64,000 nucleotides of DNA from Longimicrobiales bacterium. GTDB lineage: Bacteria > Gemmatimonadota > Gemmatimonadetes > Longimicrobiales > Gaopeijiaceae. Shown one piece after another: positions 1-9,880 of this stretch. The stretch's first letter is position 1. Every line of letters begins with the position of its first letter. A program made the position numbers and the translations under genes. The stretch lies in NCBI GenBank assembly GCA_965202985.1, contig CBDBCF010000001.1, positions 2,816,001 through 2,880,000 of the forward strand, given 5' to 3'. Under the pieces are notes generated by a model that saw only the letters and a program-made list of their open reading frames with translations, made no database searches and was not told where the DNA came from.

Positions 1-1
1 G

Positions 2-1174
2 CTGTACGTTGCCGCGGGGGCCGAGTGGCGGGACGAGTACTTCGAGATCGGCCTGGGGGAAGACGCTTCGTGGCAGATCGGACCCTACGCGGCGCAGGGG
101 TTCAGCGCGGGCTCGAACGGGTTCCCGGGTTTCAGCGACATCGCGCAGGGCGGATGGCACCGGGCCAACGCCGCCGTCTACGCCGACGCCGAGTTCCGTG
201 ATCCGGAGGACGGGCGCTGGGCGCTGGGGGCCGCAGTTCGCTTCGAGAACTTTGCCGGATTCGGGGCGACCAGGACCGGCAAGCTCGCGGGGCGCGTGGG
301 CGTCGGGGGCGGCGTCGGGCTTCGCGCCAGCGCCAGCACCGGCTTTCGGGCGCCCACGCCGGGCCAGCAGAACGCTTTCAACGTCTCGACGCAGTTCGAC
401 CGGCAGCTGCGGGACTTGGTGAACAACGGCACGATCCCCTCGACCTCCGAGGTGGCCAAGCTGCGGGGCGGCGTGCCGCTGGAGCCCGAAGAGTCCGTGA
501 ACCTGGGCGTGGGGGCCGTGCTGGAGCGAGGCGGATTCAGCCTGTCCGCGGACTACTTTCGCATCGTCCTGTCCGACCGAATCGCCCTGACCCGGGTGTT
601 CAAGCTGACGGACCAGGAGCAGGACCGACTTGTGGCGGAAGGGATCACCAGTGCGCGCAACCTGCAGAACTTTCGCTTCTTCACCAACGACTTCGAGACG
701 CGCACGCAGGGCTTCGACGTGGTGGCCGCCTGGGCGCCGTCGCAGGCTGGGGGCGGCGCCGAGTTCAGCTTTGTACTCAACCACACGGACACCAAGGTGA
801 CGAAGCACGCGCCGGACGTGCTGAACGAGACCCGCATCAGGCAGCTGGAAGAGGGCCTTCCGCGCACGCGGTGGAACGTGACGGCCCGGCGAGAGTTCGG
901 AGGCGTGGCCGTGCTGGGCCGGGCCAGCAGCTACGCCGGCTGGTTCGACGCCCGCGACGACCGACCCTACGGCGGAACCGTGCTGGTGGACTTGGAGGCG
1001 TCGTTCTCCGTCGGCGAGTCGCTGCGGCTGACCGTCGGCGGCGACAACGCCCTCAACCGCTACCCGGACAACAACCCCGACGCCGGCTTCTCCGGCAACC
1101 GCTACAGCCCCACGTCGCCCTTTGGTTCCAACGGCGGCTACTACTACGCCCGACTGGCCTACCGCTGGAACTGA
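2..1174 (+). CDS. TonB-dependent outer-membrane receptor, C-terminal part (5' truncated by window edge)
   Basis: Frame is open from base 2 (LYVAAGAEWRDE...). Motifs STGFRAPT, LEPEES and GGDNALNRYP are present, with an aromatic C-terminus (YYARLAYRWN). Confidence 0.9.
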   Translation: MYVAAGAEWRDEYFEIGLGEDASWQIGPYAAQGFSAGSNGFPGFSDIAQGGWHRANAAVYADAEFRDPEDGRWALGAAVRFENFAGFGATRTGKLAGRVGVGGGVGLRASASTGFRAPTPGQQNAFNVSTQFDRQLRDLVNNGTIPSTSEVAKLRGGVPLEPEESVNLGVGAVLERGGFSLSADYFRIVLSDRIALTRVFKLTDQEQDRLVAEGITSARNLQNFRFFTNDFETRTQGFDVVAAWAPSQAGGGAEFSFVLNHTDTKVTKHAPDVLNETRIRQLEEGLPRTRWNVTARREFGGVAVLGRASSYAGWFDARDDRPYGGTVLVDLEASFSVGESLRLTVGGDNALNRYPDNNPDAGFSGNRYSPTSPFGSNGGYYYARLAYRWN

Positions 1175-2723
1175 CCTTCAGCAGCGCGCCGTCGGCGAAC
1201 TCCGCCACCAATTGGACGCCGGGCAGGGCAAGCAGGTCGGACATGTCGTAGTCGACGCCGGCGCAGTAGGCCCGGCCCTCTTCGGCCTGGGAAGGGAAGA
1301 ACAGAATGTAGGCGTCGGCGCCCAGGCCCGAAAGGAAGAACTCTCGCCAAGTGCTCCGTTGGCATGGGATGTACCTGTGACTCGGCGGCGTGGTCGTGTG
1401 GATGTAGGCGGCGGCGGCGTCGTTGCTGACCAGGGTTCTGGACAGTCCGTGCTCGCGCACGTAGCGCAGCGCGTCGGAGTTCGTCCACCGTGGCGCTGCG
1501 TAACCATGATCGAAGCCGGCCAACGCTTTCTTCGTCGTAGGAACAAGGGCCGCTGCCTGCGGCAGCACGAGGATCAGACAGGCCACGGACGCGACGAAGC
1601 GACGTCGGCGACTCCCTGCGTTGCGGGGCAGGTCCACCGCCAGCAGCGCCGCCAGCAAGAAAGACATGTACACGGGGACGAAGAAACGCGGGAGCAACTG
1701 GTGCGTTGCGCCCCACATGACGGCTGGGACAAGCAGCACGACTTGCGCCAGCCCGTAGCCCCCAAAGAGCGCGACGGACGCACCGTTCGCGGGCTGGCCC
1801 GCCCCCGGGCGGCGGCGACCCGTCCGTCGCCCCTGCACAGCCAGTGCAAGCAGGACGATCGCCAGGGCGCCGGCGACCAGCCCCAGAAGCCCGGGCAGCC
1901 AGCCTATGTAAGCCGCCATGTCGGAAGCGAGGTTCACGCCTTGGTCCAGAACTTCCGCCAATGACGGGTCGCCGTATTTGCGGCGGCCTGTCCATGTATC
2001 CGCCACGACCCGGCTGCGGAACGCCCACGCGCACACGGGAAGGCAGGAGACGACGGCGAAGACCGCGATCCGCTTCAGCCTCTCGGTCGAAGCAACGCCA
2101 CGGCGAAACCCAACCACCGCCACCACGACCGGAACAAGCACGACGCCGAAGAACCGGCAAAGGCAAGCCAGAGCGGCGAACACGGCCGCCCACGCCAAAC
2201 AGCGCCGGCTCCGCCTCTGCTCCGCAGTGCGGATGGATTCGTCGACCTTGATCAAGGACAGCGTCGACAGCAGAACGAAGGCCGTTTCGTTCATCGCCCA
2301 CGTGCCTGCCCAAATCAATGGAGCGGAAAACGCAACCGCAAGGCAGCCGACCACGGCAAGAGACGGTGCCTTCAGCCGTCTGCGCATCCACCGGCCGGTC
2401 GCGAATACGGTCGCTCCCAACAGCACCGCGTTCAAGGGGCCGGCTACGGCGCGAGGGTCGAAGACGAACAGGCTTGCGGCGGCAAGCATCGTCGGATACA
2501 GAGGCGGAAAGGTTCGGTACGGGCGGCCGTCGAACCGGACGAATCCGTCGCCCGACAACAGGTTCCTTGCCGTGCCGACGTAGTTGACGGAGTCCCAGTC
2601 CAATGCAACCCCGTGACCGAACTGTTGCAACAGCACGAGTCCGGCCCCGGTCGCCGACAGCAGCGCAAGGAAGACGCCGAAGCGGCCCGGCGGCCGCAAA
2701 GGCCAACCTCTGGTCGGGTTCAT
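1053..2723 (-). CDS. Polytopic membrane protein, ArnT/PMT-like (GT-C) glycosyltransferase family
   Basis: N-terminal DSVNYVGTARNLLSGDG and FPPLYP motifs, many TM segments, and an E/R pattern typical of family 39-like GTs. The C-terminal tail overlaps the TonB gene. Confidence 0.7.
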   Translation of the reverse strand: MNPTRGWPLRPPGRFGVFLALLSATGAGLVLLQQFGHGVALDWDSVNYVGTARNLLSGDGFVRFDGRPYRTFPPLYPTMLAAASLFVFDPRAVAGPLNAVLLGATVFATGRWMRRRLKAPSLAVVGCLAVAFSAPLIWAGTWAMNETAFVLLSTLSLIKVDESIRTAEQRRSRRCLAWAAVFAALACLCRFFGVVLVPVVVAVVGFRRGVASTERLKRIAVFAVVSCLPVCAWAFRSRVVADTWTGRRKYGDPSLAEVLDQGVNLASDMAAYIGWLPGLLGLVAGALAIVLLALAVQGRRTGRRRPGAGQPANGASVALFGGYGLAQVVLLVPAVMWGATHQLLPRFFVPVYMSFLLAALLAVDLPRNAGSRRRRFVASVACLILVLPQAAALVPTTKKALAGFDHGYAAPRWTNSDALRYVREHGLSRTLVSNDAAAAYIHTTTPPSHRYIPCQRSTWREFFLSGLGADAYILFFPSQAEEGRAYCAGVDYDMSDLLALPGVQLVAEFADGALLKVSSSGRPVGRSSSRRWNQRATWGCSGCRRSRRRGCCPGSG

Positions 2724-2915
2724 GCTTGTTCCGCTCCTTGAAGCGACTCCGGCTCGATTCGTCGGACCCGGACGGCACCAAACTTGGATCGGCCACGATA
2801 GCGTTTGACCGCGCGTTGCTCAACGGCGGCCCGAGGCGCGCCCTGTTGGGGCTTGCCTCCGCGCACCATAGATTCCAGGGTGGCGGAGAGTTTCAGGAGG
2901 CGACTTTCGGAGAGG

Positions 2916-4790
2916 ATGAACGTGCGACGCCCAGACGAAGGCGGGTCCACGACGTCCGAACTGCCTCTTCTGCATCGGGCGGCCGTGGCCTACCTCGTCT
3001 TGCCGTTTGTCGTCTGGCTCGTCGGCTGGTTTCGCTGGGAGGTCGGCGTGCCGCTGGCGCTTCTCCTTGCCGCGGGCTTGCGGAGAGCGCTCGCAGGCGG
3101 CTGGAGGGTTTCCAAGCCATCCCGCGCGTCGGTAGCCGTGCTGCTTGCGGCCGCCGCGTGGATCGCCACAACGCCGGCCTTTGGTCTCTTCCAAGGCCAT
3201 TCCGACTGGATCATTCACCGAGCCGTGCTGCTCGATCTGGTCCGGGGCGAATGGCCCACCTACTTGGCCGGCTACGTCGACAACCCACCGCTGTTGCGCT
3301 ACTACCTCGGGTGGTACATGGCGCCGGCGCTGACGGGTCGTTGGCTGGGCGCCTGGGCCCTGAACTGGGCGGTGCCATTGTGGACATGGTGCGGCATTTC
3401 CTTGGCGCTGCTGCTCTTCGCCCGAGGCCTGCGCACTACGGGCGCGGCGCTTGCAGGCGCGGCGGTGCTGATCTTGTTCGGCGGCATGGACATGGCCGAG
3501 CACGCCCTGCGCGAAGGCGTGCCGGAGACGGCTAGCCGCTTGTTGGGTGCGCCCGATCGCGACTCGACCGAGGTCGTCAGGCCCTTCGGATTCGTTCGCG
3601 CCGGTGACAGCCCCATGATGCTGGACTACCAATCGAACCACATGACGTTGCTGGCGACCCCTCAGCACTTCATCCCCGGGGCGGTGGCGGCACTCTTGAT
3701 CCTTCAAGCGGGCGGCCGCCGGCGCTTCTTGGCGGTCCTCGGCATTGTCTTGGCGGCCTGCGTCTTCTGGTCGACGCTTCTCTCGACGGGCTTGCTGCCC
3801 TTGGCGGCCGCCGCGGCGCTTCGGAGAGGACGCATTCGCTCCTTGCTCACTTGGCAAAACACTGTGCTGGCGGTCGCTCTGGCGGGCGTGCTGGCGCTGT
3901 ATTTGACGAGCGGCGATGTGGACTATCCGCGGGGCTGGCTCTGGAGTCTGTACGACAGCAAGCTTCGGATGACGGCCGATCTGCTGTTTCTCTACGCGAG
4001 CGAGTTTCTGGTGCTGGTGTTCCTCCTGTGGCGGCTGGATCCGGATGTGGTACGACAGCCGATCTTCGTTGCGTCGGTGGGCGTGTTGCTGGTTATGCCC
4101 TGGTTCTACTACGGGGGCACGCGTTTCGACGAATGGGGCATCCGGTTCGTGGTGCCGTCTCTGGTCGTCGTTTCCAGCTTCACCGCCCGCGCGTTGGTCG
4201 CGGGCTGGCCCAGGGGACCTGCGGGTCGCCGGCCGAGAGCGGCGTTCGGCGCATTGCTTGCGGTGCTGGGGGTCGGCGTGCTCACCTGGGTTGTCGATGC
4301 CGGGCCAGCGATTGCCCACCCCCAATGGCGGCTGCCCTTCGAGCGCGCGGAAGCTTCTCTGTTGGTCGACGGCAGCTCCCGGGGAGTTCGACAACGAACC
4401 AGCGTTGCCGTCCCCGAACTGCTCGACGCCGTGCTCAGGAAGTCCGGCGTCTCGGCCCCTCCCGGTCGTCTGCTGATTCGGTCGGCGTACGACGTGTACC
4501 TGGAAAACGACCGCTTGGTGTACGTGAAGCAGAACTGCTTGCCGGAAGACCACGCCGACTTCTTCTTGGAGGTCCATCCCCAAGACGCGAAGGCGTTGCC
4601 CGCCGACCTGCAGCGTGTGGGATACGAGACGCTGCACTTTCGTCTGGAGCCGTGGGAGCACCTCAAGCGCGGCGCGTGCATCGTGCCCAGCAGGCCGTTC
4701 GGCTACGCCGCGGCGCGGATCACGACTGGGCAGTTCGTGTCGGGCGAGGGACGGATCTGGGAGGCCGAGGCGGCGATCGGTCGGCCGTAG
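2916..4790 (+). CDS. Polytopic membrane protein (GT-C-like) with C-terminal soluble domain
   Basis: About 12 hydrophobic segments, motifs DWIIHRAVLLDL...WP, LRYYLGWY and PQH, and a soluble C-terminal domain (RSAYDVY...FFLEVHP...TGQF...W). ATG at 2916 chosen as start. Confidence 0.65.
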   Translation: MNVRRPDEGGSTTSELPLLHRAAVAYLVLPFVVWLVGWFRWEVGVPLALLLAAGLRRALAGGWRVSKPSRASVAVLLAAAAWIATTPAFGLFQGHSDWIIHRAVLLDLVRGEWPTYLAGYVDNPPLLRYYLGWYMAPALTGRWLGAWALNWAVPLWTWCGISLALLLFARGLRTTGAALAGAAVLILFGGMDMAEHALREGVPETASRLLGAPDRDSTEVVRPFGFVRAGDSPMMLDYQSNHMTLLATPQHFIPGAVAALLILQAGGRRRFLAVLGIVLAACVFWSTLLSTGLLPLAAAAALRRGRIRSLLTWQNTVLAVALAGVLALYLTSGDVDYPRGWLWSLYDSKLRMTADLLFLYASEFLVLVFLLWRLDPDVVRQPIFVASVGVLLVMPWFYYGGTRFDEWGIRFVVPSLVVVSSFTARALVAGWPRGPAGRRPRAAFGALLAVLGVGVLTWVVDAGPAIAHPQWRLPFERAEASLLVDGSSRGVRQRTSVAVPELLDAVLRKSGVSAPPGRLLIRSAYDVYLENDRLVYVKQNCLPEDHADFFLEVHPQDAKALPADLQRVGYETLHFRLEPWEHLKRGACIVPSRPFGYAAARITTGQFVSGEGRIWEAEAAIGRP

Positions 4791-6579
4791 CCAGGGCCGC
4801 GAGCACGCCCGCCGCAAACAAGTATGCGCCCAGGTGGAGCAGGTGGTCGAACGCCAAGCTGTACAAGACCATGGCGAGCCCCCCTCCGACGACGGCCGCG
4901 CTTGCCGGCGAGCGGGGCGGACTCCAGCGCGTTCGCAAGAGCGACAACAAGAACAGCACGTAGAACGACGCGGGCACAATGCCGGCTTCTCCCGCCAGCT
5001 TCAAGTACATGTTGTGCACGCTCGTCGGTGTGCCCGTCCGGTCGTTGGGAGCGCCGGACAGGCTGAGCATGCTGCCGATTCCGTGACCGACGAAGGGAGA
5101 CTCCAAGAACCGTCGCGCGCCGATCCGCCAAATGGACGCTCTCCGCGCAAAGTCGCCGGTACGGGGCGGATCGACGAATCGATGGTCGCCGGACCAGCCG
5201 TTGCCGCTCATGCGGACGCGAGAGAGCTGCTCGAAGTTGTCCAGAGTCCAGGGCCCGGGACCCGACAGCCGGTTGTTGTCCACGATCAGGACGCTCAGCT
5301 GCGGGAGCGTGCCCAGCTCCGGAGGAAGGCGGCCCGTCAGGGCGTTCTTGCCCAAGTTCAGGAACCTCAGGCGGGCCAGGGCGCCTAGTTGCGGCGGTAT
5401 GGGCCCGGACAGGCGATTCCGGTGGAGGCGGAGGACGGACAAGCGGTCCAGACCGGCCAGCTCGGCAGGGATCTGCCCGCTCAAGCCCATATCCGACAGA
5501 TCGAGCGAGACCACGCGGGGCGGCTCTCCCGCCATCCGGACGCCCCGCCAATGCGCGAGGGGATGCCCATCGGTCCAGTTCAGGCTGGCGCGGCCTTCCG
5601 ACCCGCCCACCAGCACGCCGGCCGTCGCTTGGAGGACCGTGCAGTCGCGACGGAGGCCCGGGTTGGACGGCGGGACCTGGGCGCAGTACATGGCCGGGCC
5701 CGGGCTGACGTGGTATTCGATGTAGGACTTCGTGTTCTTGAAGTCCCGAGCAGTGTGGACGAACAGCCCGAGTGCTGCGGCCACGGGCGCCCACCGCGCG
5801 ACAACGGCCCACGGGCGGAGGCCGGTCGACCCCAGGTGGTGAAGCCATGTTGCCGCAAGGACGATGCATGCCGTGGTGGAGAGGGACGCCAGGGCGGCCA
5901 GAACGCCCAGGGTCGCACCCGAGAGCGCAAGCTTGCGGTGTCTTGGGCCCTGCAGCAGGGCGAGCGCCACGACGACCGTGATGCATCCGACGAACCCGGC
6001 TTCGTTGGGGTCGACAAAGGCGCCGGACATGCGAAAAGCCCGTCGGGAGGGCCACACCACCCACCAATGCCGCAGCAGCGGCGTGGCGACGACGATCGCG
6101 CAGCTTGCCGTCAACACCGTCAGCACGCCCTTCAACAGGAAGTCGGCGCCGGACCTGCGGATGAGAAGCCGACTGCCGAGAACGGCGGCGGACAGCAGGC
6201 CGAAGTAGAACGCTGGACGCAGCAAGAGTCCGGGAAGGCCGACGCTCGAATGCGCAACGGGTTCGGCCCCATAGGACAGCGCACCGATAGCCGCGTACGT
6301 GGCCAAAGCGGTCAAGAGCAGCGCGGCTGGCCTCCCCGGCGCCAGCGACCGCGCCTTGATCGCACCGGCCAGCACCGCGACGCAACAGCCGGCCGCAACG
6401 GCGAACCCGACGACCTTGATCATTGGGAGGCCCCAAAGATACAGGTACGACAGGTTGCACAGAGCGACGACGGCGAGCGCCCAGAACGCCCACGGAAAAC
6501 CGGCGAACGGCTCGATGCCCGTCGGGTTCGGCCTCGCGAGGCCCGCCCTAGTCGCTGACCGGTCTCCTGTCCGCGCCAA
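4720..6579 (-). CDS. O-antigen ligase/Wzy_C-like membrane protein with inserted LRR domain
   Basis: Motifs RMSGAFVDPNEAG, RRASIW, PFVGHGIG and HNMYLKLAGEAG. 24-aa LxxLxLxxNxLSGxIP repeats lie in the large loop. Confidence 0.8.
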   Translation of the reverse strand: MARTGDRSATRAGLARPNPTGIEPFAGFPWAFWALAVVALCNLSYLYLWGLPMIKVVGFAVAAGCCVAVLAGAIKARSLAPGRPAALLLTALATYAAIGALSYGAEPVAHSSVGLPGLLLRPAFYFGLLSAAVLGSRLLIRRSGADFLLKGVLTVLTASCAIVVATPLLRHWWVVWPSRRAFRMSGAFVDPNEAGFVGCITVVVALALLQGPRHRKLALSGATLGVLAALASLSTTACIVLAATWLHHLGSTGLRPWAVVARWAPVAAALGLFVHTARDFKNTKSYIEYHVSPGPAMYCAQVPPSNPGLRRDCTVLQATAGVLVGGSEGRASLNWTDGHPLAHWRGVRMAGEPPRVVSLDLSDMGLSGQIPAELAGLDRLSVLRLHRNRLSGPIPPQLGALARLRFLNLGKNALTGRLPPELGTLPQLSVLIVDNNRLSGPGPWTLDNFEQLSRVRMSGNGWSGDHRFVDPPRTGDFARRASIWRIGARRFLESPFVGHGIGSMLSLSGAPNDRTGTPTSVHNMYLKLAGEAGIVPASFYVLFLLSLLRTRWSPPRSPASAAVVGGGLAMVLYSLAFDHLLHLGAYLFAAGVLAALATADRSPPRPPRSVPRPTRTAQS

Positions 6580-8923
6580 TGGTGTACTCCGGTGGTTCCA
6601 CGCCCAGAAGGTGCCGCACGAAGTAGTCCCAGCGACGGCGCATCATGTAGGGTTCGTTGCCGAAGCCGTGGCCCCGGTTGGGCATCATGATCAAGTCGAA
6701 ATCCTTGTCCGCGGCGATGAGTGCGTCGGCCACCAGCAGCGTGTTGTACACGGGAACGTTCGTGTCCATGGTGCCGTGGGCCAACAGAAGCTTGCCCTGA
6801 AGGTTTTCGGCGATCAGCTGGTTGGCTTGATTGTCGTAGTTCGTCGTGCCGTCGGAGTAGGTCTCCAGCAGGCCCTGCCACTTCTCGCCCCAGTCGTCTT
6901 CGTAGCTGCGGTTGTCGTGGTTGCCGGCCTGGGACACCGCCACCTTGTAGAAGTCCGGGTAGCGCAAGATGCCGGCGGTGCTGGCGAAGCCCCCGCCCGA
7001 GTGACCCCAGATGCCGACTCGGTCCAGGTCCATCCACGGATGACGCTCCGCCAGCTGGCGCACCATCCCCACTTGGTCGGGCAGCCCGTTGTCGCCCATG
7101 TTGCCGTAGTAGGCGTCGTGGAACTCCTTGGAACGCCCCGGCGTGCCCATGGCGTCCACTTCGACCACCACGAACCCCAGTTCGGCCAAGGACTGCTTGT
7201 CCCCGCGGGACGCCCGAAACGAGCGGGATCCCACGCTGCCCGCCTGGGGCCCCGGGTACAGGTAGTTGATCACGGGGTAAGTGCGCGCGGGGTCGAAGTT
7301 CGAAGGCTTGTACATCAGGCCGTGCAAGTCCGTCGTGCCGTCGCGAGCCTTGACCACGAAGGGCACGGGCGGCCGCCAGCTCGTCGCCGCCAAGCGCGAG
7401 ATGTCCGCGCGCTCCAGGTCGACCAAGAGTTGGCCGTTGCGGTTGCGAAGCACGGTCACCGGCGGGACGACCGGCGTCGAGTAGCTGTCCACGAAGTAGC
7501 GATCCGACGGCGAGAAGGAGACCGAATGATCGGCGCTGTCGGGGGTGAGCAACGCAAGGCCCGTCCCGTCGATGCCGATCTTGTACAGGTACCGGAAGTA
7601 CGGGTCGCCGGGCTCGCGGCCCGACCCGGTGAAGTACAGCGTCCTTTCGTGCTCGTCCACGCGAAGCAGCCGGAGCACGTTCCATTCGCCCGCGGTGATC
7701 CGGCCTAGCAGCCGCCCTGTTGCCAGGTCGTACCGATACAGGTGTCCCCAGTTGTGGCGCTTGGAGAACCACAATACCTCGCCGGACTCGTGCAGCACGC
7801 GCCAGTTGGGGAGGCGCGAGCCCGACTCGAAGAAGTGCTCTTCCACCTCGGAGAGCACGTCGCGAACGGCGCCCGTGCGGGGGTCCGCGACGCGCAAGCG
7901 CGCTTCCTTGTGATCCCGCGAACTGGACACGAACGCGAACCGGGAGCCGTCGGGGCTCCACTCGGCGTCCAGCAGCAGGCCGCCGGGGCCTGCCACGTGA
8001 TCGGTGACCGTGGAGCGGTGCGGATCGGGGGGCATGTCCAGGCGCACCACCCGGGAGCCGTCCAAGTGCACGACCACCCGGCTGATGCGGAAGATCAGGC
8101 TGTCGCCCGGCAAGGGATACTTCCACCGTGCCAGTTCGGGCCGTCCGACGGCGGTTGTGGCCATGACCATGTCGCCCACGCCTCGGCCGTCGTGCTGGAA
8201 GGTTGCGATCATGTCCGAACCCGGCGACCAGAGCAGCACCGGCGAATCGCGTCGCATCCAGCCCGCGTTGTTCGTGGCGTAGCCGTAGTCTTCGACGCCG
8301 TCGGTGGTCAAGGGCGTCTCGGCGCCGGTGGCCAAGTCGCGCAGCCACAGGTTGTGAGCGCGGACGAACGCGGCCTTCGTGCCGTCGGGCGACACGACGG
8401 CGTTGGGGTCCTCGTCCCGGGGCGGCGGTCCAGAAAGCCGCGCGCATGTGTACGCCCCCAGGTCGCAGCGCCATCGCGCACCGCCGAACTCGGCCGTCAG
8501 GGCGTCTTCGGCGGTCAGGACGACGCTCTCCGGGAGGTGGTACGGCTCGAAGGTTGTGTCTGCGACGACGCCCAGAGCGGCGGCCACGCGGACGTGGTCG
8601 AAGGCGGGGTCGCGGGTGCCCGCGGCTGGGTCCACTCGCACGAACTCGGTGCCGGCAGACGTGGAGTTCCGGTACCAGAAGCGGTCCGGCGACGAGCCGT
8701 CGGGAAACCATCGCGGTTGCACCGCAGCGCCGAAGACGAGGGGTGCGGTCTGGCGGCCGAGCAGCGACTCGGCGCGCGCGTAGTCTTCGACGGTCGCGCC
8801 AGCCACGGCCCGCTCCTGGACGGCGACGGACGGCGGAGAACCGCCGGCCGCCGACATCGGGTCCAGCATCGAGAGCAAGCCGGCAAGAAGCGCGAAGCCG
8901 GCCGAAGAGGCTGTCGAACTCAT
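6548..8923 (-). CDS. S9 family peptidase (dipeptidyl peptidase IV-like), secreted
   Basis: DPP-IV N-terminal propeller, GHSGGG nucleophile motif, HGTMDTNV (Asp) and NRGHG (His). Start uncertain. Confidence 0.92.
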   Translation of the reverse strand: MSSTASSAGFALLAGLLSMLDPMSAAGGSPPSVAVQERAVAGATVEDYARAESLLGRQTAPLVFGAAVQPRWFPDGSSPDRFWYRNSTSAGTEFVRVDPAAGTRDPAFDHVRVAAALGVVADTTFEPYHLPESVVLTAEDALTAEFGGARWRCDLGAYTCARLSGPPPRDEDPNAVVSPDGTKAAFVRAHNLWLRDLATGAETPLTTDGVEDYGYATNNAGWMRRDSPVLLWSPGSDMIATFQHDGRGVGDMVMATTAVGRPELARWKYPLPGDSLIFRISRVVVHLDGSRVVRLDMPPDPHRSTVTDHVAGPGGLLLDAEWSPDGSRFAFVSSSRDHKEARLRVADPRTGAVRDVLSEVEEHFFESGSRLPNWRVLHESGEVLWFSKRHNWGHLYRYDLATGRLLGRITAGEWNVLRLLRVDEHERTLYFTGSGREPGDPYFRYLYKIGIDGTGLALLTPDSADHSVSFSPSDRYFVDSYSTPVVPPVTVLRNRNGQLLVDLERADISRLAATSWRPPVPFVVKARDGTTDLHGLMYKPSNFDPARTYPVINYLYPGPQAGSVGSRSFRASRGDKQSLAELGFVVVEVDAMGTPGRSKEFHDAYYGNMGDNGLPDQVGMVRQLAERHPWMDLDRVGIWGHSGGGFASTAGILRYPDFYKVAVSQAGNHDNRSYEDDWGEKWQGLLETYSDGTTNYDNQANQLIAENLQGKLLLAHGTMDTNVPVYNTLLVADALIAADKDFDLIMMPNRGHGFGNEPYMMRRRWDYFVRHLLGVEPPEYTIGADRRPVSD

Positions 8924-8943
8924 GGAATGACCTGCGATTGCGG

Positions 8944-9318
8944 CTACCTCGCGACAACACCAGTTGAACGGCTGCCCGATGGGCCAATGTCGCTCCCGCG
9001 CCGAATCATCGCAAAAAGCGGGCATCGACAGTGCTCGGCTGCGGCTCGGCCCGACCAACGGTCAGGCGGGCCGTTTGTCGCCCGCGCCAGCAGCTTGTCG
9101 CCCGAGTCGCAGTCCACCACGGTGTCCGCCGCCTCGTCCACCAGCTCCGATCCCGACCCCGCCAAGATGCGACGCAGCCGCTCCGCCGTCCCTGACCCGA
9201 ACCGCCGCTCCGCCAGGCGAACCACCAGCGCCCGCTTGTCGGCCAGCCCCTGTTCCAACCCCTGCTCGCTGGTCTCTCGCCGGAGTTCCTCCGCTGCTTC
9301 CGCCGCCTGCCAGGACAT
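8944..9318 (-). CDS. Rpn C-terminal small ORF (RpnS-like putative antitoxin)
   Basis: GGAGG RBS just upstream of ATG 9318. MSWQAAEAAEELRRETSEQGLEQG...ERRFG...VVDCDS is uninterrupted. Confidence 0.5.
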   Translation of the reverse strand: MSWQAAEAAEELRRETSEQGLEQGLADKRALVVRLAERRFGSGTAERLRRILAGSGSELVDEAADTVVDCDSGDKLLARATNGPPDRWSGRAAAEHCRCPLFAMIRRGSDIGPSGSRSTGVVAR

Positions 9319-9780
9319 GCCGCCTCCCTCCCTTGGGTGTCTGATCCGCTCCACGATGCGATCAATCGTCGCCGGCGCCACGCCCATCGCGCGTGCCGCC
9401 TCTTCCGCCCACACAGCGTAGCCCTCCCGCACGCCCGCGTGCTCCGGACCGCCGTAGCTTGCTCCGCGGCCGACCTCGAGTCAAGCACCCCGTACGCATG
9501 AGCCGTCTGCCGCCGCGCGACGCTCGGCGATCCCGGCGGCGCCAGCGCGGCCAAGCTGGTCAGCGCGCGCCACGGCTCGGGGCCGATGTGCAGCACAGCG
9601 GACAGGACGGCGGGCGCGCCGCTGCCGTCGGAGTGGTTCCACTGCTCGCTGGCTTTGAGGAAGCGGTAGAGGTGGGCGACGTACTCGAGGCTTCGGAAGA
9701 GCATGTCTAGCCGACGGCGGACTGGTACTCGACGTGGAAGCCGACGGCGCGGCGGCGGTGGCGGAAGGGGACCCACCAAG
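8944..9780 (-). pseudogene. Decayed Rpn family (YhgA-like PD-(D/E)XK nuclease/putative transposase)
   Basis: HVEYQS then frameshift/stop near 9710 to DMLFRSLEY. VLHIGPEPW follows, then a second frame change near 9465 to YGGPEHAGVREGYAVW. Colinear with the intact Rpn at 58900-59913. Confidence 0.8.
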
Positions 9781-9880
9781 CGGCGTCGACGCGCCGGAGC
9801 TCGGCCCCGCGGAAGGGACCCGCGCCCGCCGGCAAGCCTGTCCCATCCAGCTATGGAAGCGGCTCGGTCCGGTACCCTAA

